DNA of 64,000 nucleotides from the NCBI GenBank assembly GCA_000419545.1, contig ATTF01000002.1, positions 4,093-68,092 of the forward strand. Direction: 5' to 3'. Positions 9,813 through 18,764 of this stretch are shown here, in pieces. The DNA is from Candidatus Pelagibacter ubique HIMB058. Lineage in GTDB: Bacteria > Pseudomonadota > Alphaproteobacteria > Pelagibacterales > Pelagibacteraceae. Position numbers and translations under genes: made by a program. Under the pieces are notes generated by a model, which saw only the letters and a list, made by a program, of their open reading frames with translations, ran no database searches and was not told where the DNA came from. Every line of letters starts with the position of its first letter. Positions within the stretch are counted from its first letter, which is position 1.

Positions 9813-10202
9813 TTGATGAGCAATACGATTCGAAATATTCAGCTTACCGCGGTTTTTATTCTTTTAATATCTACAGTCATAGCTTTTATCATTGAAATGA
9901 AAACAATGTATGACAACCAGACTATAACCTTGGCTGACTTGCTTTTAATGTTTATTTATATTGAAGTTATCGGCTTAGTAAAATCGTATTGGGAAACTCG
10001 AGCTGTACGAATAACTTATCCATTAGTTATAGCAATAACAGCACTTGCTAGATTTATAATTTTACAAGATAAAGAAAGTGATCCTACAAACTTAATTTAT
10101 ATTTCGTTAGCTATTTTAATTGTAGCTATCTCGACGGTGATAATTAAGTTTAGAAATAGTAAATATCTGAAGATTGATAATTCTAGATCTGGGAAGCTTT
10201 AA
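9813..10202 (+). CDS. PsiE-family (phosphate-starvation-inducible) membrane protein
   Basis: 129-aa four-TM protein. YIEVIGLVKSYWE...ITALARFIILQDKESDPTNLIY parallels E. coli PsiE YFEFIALIVKYFQ...[21 protein letters not shown] (recalled from memory). Confidence 0.55.
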   Translation: MMSNTIRNIQLTAVFILLISTVIAFIIEMKTMYDNQTITLADLLLMFIYIEVIGLVKSYWETRAVRITYPLVIAITALARFIILQDKESDPTNLIYISLAILIVAISTVIIKFRNSKYLKIDNSRSGKL

Positions 10203-11025
10203 AACACTCAAGAGTATTCTTTAATAAACAAGCTATCGTCATAGGACCCACTCCTCCTGGTACCGGTGTAATTGCTTTTGCAATATCTTTAACTTGATCA
10301 AACTCAACGTCACCAACAATTTTATCATTAAGTTTATTAATGCCAACATCAATAACTATCGCATCTTTTTTTACCCAATCCTTTTTAACCAAGTTTGGAA
10401 CACCTACTGCGGCAACTAATATATCTGCTTTCAAACATTCTTGCTGAAGATTTTTAGTTTTAGAATGAACGATGGTTACAGTACAATTTTCTTTTAATAG
10501 TAACTGAGCCATAGGTTTTCCATTAAGATTTGACCTGCCAATAATCACAGCATGTTTTCCGCTTAAATTTTTTTCCACTTTTTTTATTAGCATCAAACAT
10601 CCCATTGGAGTACATGGGACTAAACCTTGATACCCAGAAGACAAATTACCAACATTGACTGGATTAAAACCATCTACATCTTTAGATGGATGTATTGCAT
10701 TAATAATCTTTTCTTTATCAATTTGTTTTGGTAGGGGGAGCTGAACTAAAATACCTGAAACATTTTGATCATTATTTAATTCTTTAATTTTATCAAGTAT
10801 TTCTTTTTCAGTAACGTCATCTGGGTATTTAATTACATCAGAATTCATTCCCACTTCTTTTGAATTTTTTTCTTTATTTTTTACGTAAATTTGGCTTGGC
10901 GTATAATTTCCAATAAGGATAACTGTTAAGCCAGGTACTTTATTTTTAGATTCTTTTATTTCCAATATTTCTTTTTTTATTTCTTCCCTTAATAATTCAG
11001 CTTCTTTTTTTCCATCTATGATCAT
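10183..11025 (-). CDS. folD: Bifunctional methylenetetrahydrofolate dehydrogenase/cyclohydrolase FolD
   Basis: MIIDGKKEA..., YVKNKEK, VQLPLP, GRSNLNGKP and PVPGGVGPMT motifs. Confidence 0.9.
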   Translation of the reverse strand: MIIDGKKEAELLREEIKKEILEIKESKNKVPGLTVILIGNYTPSQIYVKNKEKNSKEVGMNSDVIKYPDDVTEKEILDKIKELNNDQNVSGILVQLPLPKQIDKEKIINAIHPSKDVDGFNPVNVGNLSSGYQGLVPCTPMGCLMLIKKVEKNLSGKHAVIIGRSNLNGKPMAQLLLKENCTVTIVHSKTKNLQQECLKADILVAAVGVPNLVKKDWVKKDAIVIDVGINKLNDKIVGDVEFDQVKDIAKAITPVPGGVGPMTIACLLKNTLECFKASQI

Positions 11026-11027
11026 CT

Positions 11028-11318
11028 TTAAAATAAATTTGGTGCAAACATTTCAAAAACTAAATTTCTAATAAACATCAATGCTAAAATTAGAATTATT
11101 GGAGAAATATCTATTGAGCCTAAATTTGGAAGAAACCTTCTTATATAATTCAGAGGCGGCGCGGTTAACTTATAAGAAACATCTAATAAAGAATAAACAA
11201 ATCTATTACTTGTATTTAAGACGTTGAAAGCAACTAACCAACTAATAATAACGTTAATTATTAAAATCCATATATAAAGACTGATTACGTTATCAAAAAG
11301 TATTAAAACAGATTTCAT
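11028..11318 (-). CDS. YggT family membrane protein
   Basis: 96-aa two-TM protein with a YggT-like layout (..IISW.....N..N......L...T.P.L...R). Confidence 0.65.
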   Translation of the reverse strand: MKSVLILFDNVISLYIWILIINVIISWLVAFNVLNTSNRFVYSLLDVSYKLTAPPLNYIRRFLPNLGSIDISPIILILALMFIRNLVFEMFAPNLF

Positions 11319-12409
11319 TAATTTTTCTCCACATAAATTGAGGTGCTTGGGAAGGCAAATGAAGCTTTATTTTTTTCTACAATTGATTTTATTTCAATCG
11401 CTAAAGTGTCTTTTACTTGCATCCATTCCAAATATTTATTCGTTTTAGTGAAACAAATTAATCTTATATCAATTGAGCTGGCAGCAAATTGATCTATATT
11501 TACAGTTAAAAAGGTATCTCCATCGGTAGAGAAATCTTTATTATTTTTGATATAATTTTCTATTTGTTCTTTTATGTCAGATAGCTGTTTGCTAGTTGTT
11601 CTATATTCTAAACCTATCAACCAATTAATTCTTCTGTTAGTTGTTTGAGAGTTATTAATTACTGCCTTTTCTGCAAATTGAAAATTAGGAATAGTTGCTA
11701 AGGACTTATCAAATCTCCTAACTACAGTTGATCTAAAGCCTATAGACTCTACTGTACCTTCTATAACTCCGTCTACATAAATCCAATCTCCGACTTGAAA
11801 TCTTCTTTCAACTAGAACTAAAATTCCTGAGATTAAATTTTTAAATAAATCCTGAGCTCCAAGCGCAACTGCAACACCAAAAAGTCCTAGACCTGCAATA
11901 ATTGGTCCTATTTTTATACCCCATAACTCTAATACTGCTGCAATACCTAAAATAAAAATTAAAACTTTAATTGCCTTTATTATCCAGTTTAATAAGTCTC
12001 TAGAGAGCAAATCTCCAATTGACCGTATTACTACTGAGAACGGGGCGATTATTTGGTGAAAAGTCCAAAATATAAGTATAGTAATTAAAGATCTGTTTAC
12101 TGTCTCTAAAAATTCAGCTGCCTGTGTTTCTATAGTTAAGTAACTTGTTGAAACAAAAAATCCTAAAACGATGGGAAAAAATTTGGCTGGCCCTTCCATT
12201 GATAGAACAAGCGAGTTATCAAAGTTATTTGAAGATTTTGAAACATAGTTTTCAAGTCGTTTCACAACAAATTTTGAAAAAATTCCTCTAAGGAATAGAA
12301 AAAATAAAAATATAACAACAGCTATAATTATTTCTGAAATATTTACTCCAGAAATTCCTTTAGTCCAAACATCAAAAAACAAATCTTTAAAATTTTGTAA
12401 AACTTCCAT
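11318..12409 (-). CDS. Mechanosensitive ion channel (MscS family)
   Basis: TM helices followed by LISGILVLVERRFQVGDWIYVDGVIEGTVESIGFRSTVVR, the MscS beta-domain signature. Confidence 0.8.
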   Translation of the reverse strand: MEVLQNFKDLFFDVWTKGISGVNISEIIIAVVIFLFFLFLRGIFSKFVVKRLENYVSKSSNNFDNSLVLSMEGPAKFFPIVLGFFVSTSYLTIETQAAEFLETVNRSLITILIFWTFHQIIAPFSVVIRSIGDLLSRDLLNWIIKAIKVLIFILGIAAVLELWGIKIGPIIAGLGLFGVAVALGAQDLFKNLISGILVLVERRFQVGDWIYVDGVIEGTVESIGFRSTVVRRFDKSLATIPNFQFAEKAVINNSQTTNRRINWLIGLEYRTTSKQLSDIKEQIENYIKNNKDFSTDGDTFLTVNIDQFAASSIDIRLICFTKTNKYLEWMQVKDTLAIEIKSIVEKNKASFAFPSTSIYVEKN

Positions 12410-13105
12410 TTAAGACCCCAATTTTATAATTTCTTCACCTGGTTCAAATACTTCTAATTTTTTCCATCCTAATTGCTTGAACACATTTAAAACTTTTTCA
12501 CTTATACATAATACCCTTGAGCCTGTCATTAAACCATTCAAGGTGTATTTTTTTACTAATTCTACAAAGCTTTCTGCGCTTCTTTTAGAATAAACAAATA
12601 TTATGTCAGGAGGATGGTTATTTAAGATTTTTTCATTTTCATTATTAAGGTCAACAATTTTCTCAGAAGAATAGTTAATTACTTTATCGATGATATATCC
12701 CTCCCTCTTAAGATCTAAGTCTAAATCTGTTGAAATATAGTCTCCACAGAAATAAGCAATTTTTTTACTCTTATCAAAGTCAGAATTTAAAATAATATTC
12801 TTTAAAGCATTCACATTTCCACCAGCAGAAATAGTATTAGAATAACCTTTTTGCCTAACTATTTTTTCTGTTATTGAACCAACACAAAAACAAAGTTTTT
12901 TTTTATCTTCATTTAATAATTTTAAATTTCTAATCGCATTTGCACTTGTAAATATAAAAGCGTCGTAATTTTTTGCGTCACATTTCTGATTGGTATTGGG
13001 TATAACTTTTAAAGTTGGTATGTGAATAATTTTATGGCCTAAGGAAAACAATTTTCCCATCAAATCTTCCGCATCAATTAAAGGTCGCGTAATTAAAATA
13101 TTCAT
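12410..13105 (-). CDS. hemD: Uroporphyrinogen-III synthase
   Basis: MNILITRP start, HemD-like two-lobe pattern (FTSANA), and a 4-nt overlap downstream of hemC. Confidence 0.7.
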   Translation of the reverse strand: MNILITRPLIDAEDLMGKLFSLGHKIIHIPTLKVIPNTNQKCDAKNYDAFIFTSANAIRNLKLLNEDKKKLCFCVGSITEKIVRQKGYSNTISAGGNVNALKNIILNSDFDKSKKIAYFCGDYISTDLDLDLKREGYIIDKVINYSSEKIVDLNNENEKILNNHPPDIIFVYSKRSAESFVELVKKYTLNGLMTGSRVLCISEKVLNVFKQLGWKKLEVFEPGEEIIKLGS

Positions 13106-14022
13106 TTTTTTTTAAATTTATCTCCAGCTTTTAATAGAATCTCTTCACCAACTTTTTTTCCAATTGTTATTGCTTCGTTCAAATTTCCAGTAGTTTCACA
13201 TTCAAAACTCTCATCGCCTATATCAGAAAACAATTGAGCTCTTAATGTTATCTTATTATTTTTAATAATAGCTAAACCTCCAATAGCGGTCTCACAATCT
13301 CCTCCTATTGTTTTTAATAGTGATCTCTCGGCTTTTGCACAAAGTTCTGTCTCATTATGATTAATCTTTTTTAAAATACTTTTAATATTATCATTATCCT
13401 TTTTACATTGAACCGCTATTACACCTTGACCTACAGCTGGCAAAACTCGATTTGTTTCAAATGTAAAAGCTATTTGATTATCCAAATTTAAAGACCTTAA
13501 ACCTGCGGCAGCTAAAATAATACCATCTAGTTCATTATCGTCTATTTTTCTTATTCTGGTATCAATATTCCCTCGAATATTTTCAACTGTAATTTTTCTA
13601 CTAATCTTTTTTAGTTGTAATTCTCTTCTCCGAGAACTTGATCCAATTTTTAATTGGTTGTTTAATTCTTCTAAGTTTTTAATTTTTTTGCTAACGATGA
13701 CGTCTCTAAAATCATTTCTTTTTATAAAAGCTCCAATTAGAAGATTTTTATTCTCAATTGATTCCATATCTTTTAATGAGTGAACAGCTATATTAATTTC
13801 ATCTTTTAACAATTTTTCTTCAATCTCTTTACAGAACAAATTTTTACCTCCAATTTCAGAAAGTTTTATGTCTTGATTAATGTCACCTGAAGTTTTTATG
13901 GTCTGAACGGTTATATCTTTCTCTTTGAGATTTTTATTCTCTTGTAATAATAAATCTTTAACTTTAGCTACATAAGCTAATGAAAGTTTACTACCTCTTG
14001 CGCCAATTGTAATTTTAGTCAT
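13102..14022 (-). CDS. hemC: Hydroxymethylbilane synthase (porphobilinogen deaminase)
   Basis: ITIGARGSKLSLAY, IAVHSLKD, RGNIDTR and GGDCETAIG motifs. Confidence 0.9.
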   Translation of the reverse strand: MTKITIGARGSKLSLAYVAKVKDLLLQENKNLKEKDITVQTIKTSGDINQDIKLSEIGGKNLFCKEIEEKLLKDEINIAVHSLKDMESIENKNLLIGAFIKRNDFRDVIVSKKIKNLEELNNQLKIGSSSRRRELQLKKISRKITVENIRGNIDTRIRKIDDNELDGIILAAAGLRSLNLDNQIAFTFETNRVLPAVGQGVIAVQCKKDNDNIKSILKKINHNETELCAKAERSLLKTIGGDCETAIGGLAIIKNNKITLRAQLFSDIGDESFECETTGNLNEAITIGKKVGEEILLKAGDKFKKK

Positions 14023-14078
14023 TTATAGTTTATATATTTAAAAGAACTAATTTATACTATCTAATTAAAGAACGCACG

Positions 14079-15155
14079 ATGACGAAAAAATTAACTTTTT
14101 TAGGAATAGAAACTAGCTGTGACGAGACAGCTGCAGCAGTCATAAGAGAAAATGATAATGGTACTGCAGATATTTTATCTAATATTGTCTCAAGTCAAAT
14201 TGATGAACATAAAAAATTTGGTGGAGTAGTGCCAGAATTAGCAGCAAGAGCTCACCTAGAAAATATTGAGTTTATAATAGACTCTGCGTTATCTGAAAGT
14301 AAAGTTTCAATTGAAAAAATTGATGGTGTGGCTTCAACTGCAGGACCAGGGTTAATAGTATGTCTAACAGTTGGTTTGAATATTGGAAAATCTATTGCAG
14401 CTTTTGCACAAAAACCTTTTATAGGGGTAAATCATTTAGAAGGGCATGCTTTAAGCCCTGGCTTGATTGAAAAAATAAATTTTCCTTATTTATTATTGTT
14501 AATATCTGGCGGTCACACTCAATATTTAATAGTTAAAGATATAAACGAGTACGAACAATTAGGTACTACGATCGATGATGCTCTAGGAGAAGCATTTGAT
14601 AAAACTTCTAAAATGTTGGATTTAGGTTATCCAGGTGGACCTAGTGTAGAAAAATTTGCAAAACTAGGTAATGAAAATTTTTTTAAATTACCAGAGCCAA
14701 TTATTAATAAAGCTGGATGTAATTTATCTTTCGCCGGCCTTAAAACAGCAGTGTTACGTGAGTCTAAAAAGATTAATGGAGAGGAAAAATTAAAATATAA
14801 TTTAGCTGCTTCTTTTCAAAAAACTATTAATAAAATTTTATATAAAAAAACTAAAATTGCAGCTGAAATGTTTATTGAAAAAACAAAAGTAAAAAATTTT
14901 CATTTTGTTGTAGCAGGTGGTGTTGCTGCCAACAATTCAATACGAGAAAATATTCTTAAACTTTCAAAAGAAATAGGATTTAAGGCTATATTTCCGGATA
15001 AACAATTTTGCGGTGATAATGCAGCAATGATTGCTTGGGCCGGAATACAAAGATTTAAAAAAAATCTTATCAGTGAAATTAATGTACCTGCTAGATCTAG
15101 ATGGCCTCTAGATAGCAAGGCTCCTTACATGAAAGGACCAGGTTTAAAACTTTAA
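14079..15155 (+). CDS. tsaD: tRNA N6-adenosine threonylcarbamoyltransferase TsaD
   Basis: LGIETSCDETAAAV, GVNHLEGH, LLISGGHTQ and GDNAAMIAW motifs. Confidence 0.9.
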   Translation: MTKKLTFLGIETSCDETAAAVIRENDNGTADILSNIVSSQIDEHKKFGGVVPELAARAHLENIEFIIDSALSESKVSIEKIDGVASTAGPGLIVCLTVGLNIGKSIAAFAQKPFIGVNHLEGHALSPGLIEKINFPYLLLLISGGHTQYLIVKDINEYEQLGTTIDDALGEAFDKTSKMLDLGYPGGPSVEKFAKLGNENFFKLPEPIINKAGCNLSFAGLKTAVLRESKKINGEEKLKYNLAASFQKTINKILYKKTKIAAEMFIEKTKVKNFHFVVAGGVAANNSIRENILKLSKEIGFKAIFPDKQFCGDNAAMIAWAGIQRFKKNLISEINVPARSRWPLDSKAPYMKGPGLKL

Positions 15156-15577
15156 TGCAGTATTGGTTAATGAAATCTGAACCAGATGTTTGGTCTTTAG
15201 ATCAGCAAGAAAAGGCGGGAGCTAAAGGAGCAACCTGGGATGGTGTAAGAAACTATCAAGCTGCCAATAATCTTAAAAAAATGAGAATTGGAGATTTATG
15301 TTATTTTTATCATTCCAATATAGGCAAAGAAATTGTGGGAGTAGTAGAAGTTATCAAAGAAGCTTTTATTGATAAAACTGACCTTAAAAAAAGATTTGTT
15401 GCTGTCCAAGTTAAGTTTAAAAAACGCCTAAAAATTCCTATTACCTTAGAAAAAATCAAAAAAAATAAGGCTCTTTCTCGTCTACCTCTTATTAGACAAA
15501 GCAGGTTGTCAGTTATGCCGATTGATTATAAAAGCTGGAAAATAATAGATAAGATGAGTAGAATAAAATCTGTTTAG
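15155..15577 (+). CDS. EVE (PUA-like, DUF55) domain protein
   Basis: [14 protein letters not shown]...[15 protein letters not shown]...YHS is the classic EVE-domain N-terminus. Confidence 0.75.
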   Translation: MQYWLMKSEPDVWSLDQQEKAGAKGATWDGVRNYQAANNLKKMRIGDLCYFYHSNIGKEIVGVVEVIKEAFIDKTDLKKRFVAVQVKFKKRLKIPITLEKIKKNKALSRLPLIRQSRLSVMPIDYKSWKIIDKMSRIKSV

Positions 15578-15585
15578 GAGAAATT

Positions 15586-17727
15586 GTGGCTAAAAAGAAA
15601 AAAAAGAAAAAAGTAAAAAAATCTAGAAAAGCATTAAAGTCTAGAAAAAAAACTAGAAAAGCTAAAAAATCTAGAAAAGCTTCAAAGCCTAGAAAAAATA
15701 AAAGAAAAAAATCTAAAACAAAATCTAGAAAATCTAAAAAACCTAGAAAATTAAGTTTTAAAGCTCCTAAATTAGTTGAAGATGGAGATGGAAAATCTCT
15801 AATTAAAGTTTCTGATAGTTGGGCTAACCACGCATATGTAAATAAATCTCAATATTTAAAAAAGTACAAGCTTTCAATTAAAGAAAATGAAAAGTTTTGG
15901 GCTAAAGAAGGAAAAAGAATTACCTGGATTAAAAAATACTCAAAAATTAAAGATGTAAAATATAGCAAGGAAGAAGTTAAAATTAAATGGTACTACGATG
16001 GAACTCTTAATGCTTCTGCTAACTGTATAGATCGTCATCTTAAAAAAAATGCGAGCAAAACTGCAATTATCTGGGTTGGGGATGATCCTGCAGATACTAA
16101 GAAAATTTCCTATAAAGAATTACATCAAAACGTAAGTAAAGTTGCTAACGGACTAAAAAGTTTAGGAATTCAAAAAGGTGATAGGGTAACAATTTATCTT
16201 ACAATGATTCCAGAACTAGCTTATGTAATGCTAGCTTGTGCAAGAATAGGTGCTGTTCATTCAATTATTTTTGGAGGCTTTTCTCCAGACTCAATAGCCA
16301 CAAGGATTAATGACTGTGAGTCTGATTACTTAATTACAGCAGATGAAGGGGTAAGAGGAGGTAAAATTATTCCTCTTAAGAAAATTGCAGATGAAGCTCT
16401 GCAACAATGTCCAAATGTAAAAAAATGCGTTGTTGTAGAAAGAACTGGAAATCAAGTTAATTGGAACGATGAAAGAGATATTTCATATAAAAAATTAATT
16501 TCCTCTATGCCTACAAAATGTGATCCTGAAGAAATGAGTGCAGAGGATCCTTTATTTATTCTTTATACTTCTGGTTCAACTGGCAAGCCTAAAGGAGTTT
16601 TACATACTACAGGCGGTTACATGGTTTATGCTTCAATGACACATCAATATATTTTTGATTATAAACCTAACGATATCTACTGGTGTACTGCTGATATTGG
16701 ATGGGTAACAGGACATAGTTATATTATTTATGGTCCACTTGCTAATGGAGCTACAACAATAATGTTTGAAGGAGTTCCAAATTATCCAGACAATTCAAGA
16801 TGGTGGCAAATTGTAGATAAACATAAAGTTAATATATTTTATACTGCTCCTACTGCAATTCGTGCTTTGATGAGAGAAGGCGATGGTCCAGTTAAAAAAA
16901 CTAGCAGAAAATCTTTAAAACTACTTGGAACAGTTGGTGAGCCAATAAATCCTGAAGCATGGATGTGGTATTATAAAACTGTTGGTGACTCAAGATGCCC
17001 AATAGTTGATACGTGGTGGCAAACTGAAACTGGAGGTATATTAATTGCACCTCAACCAGGAGCCATTGATTTAAAACCTGGCTCTGCAACTAAACCTTTC
17101 TATGGAATAAAACCTTTATTAGTAGATAAAGACGGGAAAATTATAAAAGGCGAGGGACAAGGAAGATTATGTATGGCTGGTTCTTGGCCTGGACAAATGA
17201 GAACTGTTTACGGTGATCACCAAAGATTTATCGATACATATTTTTCTCAATTTGATGGAAAGTATTTTACTGGTGACGGCTGCAGGAGAGATAAAGATGG
17301 TTACTATTGGATTACAGGACGTGTTGATGATGTAATTATTGTATCTGGACATAACCTTGGTACTGCTGAAATAGAAAGCGCTTTTGTTGCTCATCCAAAA
17401 GTAGCTGAGGCTGCTGTTGTTGGTTTTCCACACAGTATAAAAGGAAACGGATTATATTGTTATGTAACTCTTAATGCTGGAGAAAATCCTACTGGCGATT
17501 TAGAACGAGATTTAAAACAGTGGGTAAGAAAACAAATCGGTCCTATTTGTTATCCTGATGTAATTCAATTTGCTCCAGGTTTACCTAAAACAAGATCTGG
17601 AAAAATTATGAGAAGAATTTTAAGAAAGATTGCAGCAAACGAACCAGATAATTTAGGTGACACTACAACTTTGGCTGACCCAAGTGTGGTTACTTCATTA
17701 GTAGAAAATAGACAAAATAGAGATTAA
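15586..17727 (+). CDS. acs: Acetyl-CoA synthetase with a ~55-aa poly-Lys/Arg N-terminal extension
   Basis: [25 protein letters not shown] and SGKIMRR motifs. GTG start at 15586 lies 5 nt after AGGAG (15576-15580). I see no in-frame ATG, GTG or TTG between this start and the conserved Acs core, which begins around residue 70. Confidence 0.9.
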   Translation: MAKKKKKKKVKKSRKALKSRKKTRKAKKSRKASKPRKNKRKKSKTKSRKSKKPRKLSFKAPKLVEDGDGKSLIKVSDSWANHAYVNKSQYLKKYKLSIKENEKFWAKEGKRITWIKKYSKIKDVKYSKEEVKIKWYYDGTLNASANCIDRHLKKNASKTAIIWVGDDPADTKKISYKELHQNVSKVANGLKSLGIQKGDRVTIYLTMIPELAYVMLACARIGAVHSIIFGGFSPDSIATRINDCESDYLITADEGVRGGKIIPLKKIADEALQQCPNVKKCVVVERTGNQVNWNDERDISYKKLISSMPTKCDPEEMSAEDPLFILYTSGSTGKPKGVLHTTGGYMVYASMTHQYIFDYKPNDIYWCTADIGWVTGHSYIIYGPLANGATTIMFEGVPNYPDNSRWWQIVDKHKVNIFYTAPTAIRALMREGDGPVKKTSRKSLKLLGTVGEPINPEAWMWYYKTVGDSRCPIVDTWWQTETGGILIAPQPGAIDLKPGSATKPFYGIKPLLVDKDGKIIKGEGQGRLCMAGSWPGQMRTVYGDHQRFIDTYFSQFDGKYFTGDGCRRDKDGYYWITGRVDDVIIVSGHNLGTAEIESAFVAHPKVAEAAVVGFPHSIKGNGLYCYVTLNAGENPTGDLERDLKQWVRKQIGPICYPDVIQFAPGLPKTRSGKIMRRILRKIAANEPDNLGDTTTLADPSVVTSLVENRQNRD
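15621..15750 (+). repeat. In-frame degenerate tandem repeats: seven copies of CTAGAAAA encoding [S/T/P]-R-K units
   Basis: I counted seven CTAGAAAA copies by eye, starting at about 15623, 15641, 15653, 15671, 15689, 15725 and 15743. All are in the acs reading frame. Confidence 0.8.
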
Positions 17728-18353
17728 TTAAATTTTAAATTTTTAGTTAATTTTTTAAATTCATCAATTTTTAAATTCCACTTTAATCTCATTGAATTTA
17801 AAACTATTTCTTTATCTAAAGTTTTAAGTTCGTCTGCAATTGGAGCCCAGTTGTAAAGCGCTAAGCAGCTTTCTTTAAAAGGATTTTCTAAATAATATTT
17901 ATTAAAATCTATTTTTTCATATCGATTTAAAAATTCTTTTTTTGCTCTTTGGTAAATTTCGTCTGTTAACCCGTTTAATTTCTCATTTTCAATAATTTCT
18001 AGATAAATTTCTTTACAATCATTTTCTTTAAGATTTTTTTCTACCATCAAATATGAGTATGCATAAAAAGCACAGTCTGCTATTGCAGCCATGTAGATGT
18101 TCCATTTGGCAATATTTATTGATTTTGAAAAAACATCATCTTCAACCATTGCTGTAAACTTAACGCCTATTCTCGTCTTCAAATAACCATACAAAGTTGT
18201 CTGGGTGACATGAGCTGATCTTTGTTGAATAAATTTTTGAAGATCTTTTTTGGAATTTATACTGCCAAAATAACTAGTAATCTTCTCAATTGGGAAAAGA
18301 TACTCCCTCATGATTTTTAGGGTATTTAGTATATGTTTAGTATTCAATTTCAC
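17724..18353 (-). CDS. Hypothetical soluble protein, function unknown
   Basis: 209-aa ORF with no TM or signal and predicted helical. I recognise no motif. It fills the gap between acs and the transporter promoter region. Confidence 0.4.
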   Translation of the reverse strand: MKLNTKHILNTLKIMREYLFPIEKITSYFGSINSKKDLQKFIQQRSAHVTQTTLYGYLKTRIGVKFTAMVEDDVFSKSINIAKWNIYMAAIADCAFYAYSYLMVEKNLKENDCKEIYLEIIENEKLNGLTDEIYQRAKKEFLNRYEKIDFNKYYLENPFKESCLALYNWAPIADELKTLDKEIVLNSMRLKWNLKIDEFKKLTKNLKFN

Positions 18354-18467
18354 GTTGTATTTAAAAAACCCTTATTTTTCTTATCTTATAGCACCTCAAT
18401 GTGGTTTTAGGGCGCTTTTTTCTCTTTAAATTCAACTCATAATGGGTATGGTTTCAACAATTAAAGT

Positions 18468-18485
18468 ACTTTTTACGTAAAAAGT
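18468..18485. promoter_or_regulatory. Perfect 18-bp palindrome ACTTTTTACGTAAAAAGT; candidate operator or 5'-UTR hairpin
   Basis: Exact inverted repeat (9+9). It ends 21 nt upstream of the ATG at 18507 and just upstream of the GGGGGA Shine-Dalgarno. Confidence 0.3.
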
Positions 18486-18506
18486 TAAAAATAAATAGGG
18501 GGAAAT

Positions 18507-18764
18507 ATGTCAAATAAAGACGCATATTGGGAAAAGACCAAGAACCACATGTTTGTAACATTGGCTCTTTGGGCTTTCTTCTCATTGGTCATTTTCATGT
18601 TTGGTTCTGAACTGAACACGATGTCTTTTCTTGGCTATCCTTTAGCATATTACATGACAGCGCAAGGTTCACTTCTTGCATTCGTGATAATTTTGTTTTG
18701 GACAGCAAATAAACAAGAAAAAATCGACGAAGAACATGGCTTCTCAGAGAGAGGAGATGACTAA
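18507..18764 (+). CDS. DUF4212 small membrane subunit of a sodium:solute symporter
   Basis: 85-aa two-TM protein (YWEKTKN...LGYPLAYYMTAQGS). Its stop overlaps the start of the large SSS gene (TAATG), the typical DUF4212 arrangement. Confidence 0.75.
   Translation: MSNKDAYWEKTKNHMFVTLALWAFFSLVIFMFGSELNTMSFLGYPLAYYMTAQGSLLAFVIILFWTANKQEKIDEEHGFSERGDD

Noticed and set aside
9795-9815. AATAATC-TGTTAA-GATTATT hairpin after argG, as a possible terminator.
   Set aside because: It has a 7-bp all-A/T/C-poor stem and no T-run, and it overlaps the next gene's start region. It is too weak to annotate.
15586-15750. The repeated CTAGAAAA units might be a non-coding tandem repeat, a CRISPR-like array or an upstream mini-gene separate from acs.
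   Set aside because: The repeats are short (8 nt), irregularly spaced and without unique spacers. They are in frame with acs, with no stop and a good RBS at the GTG. I treat them as a coding low-complexity extension.
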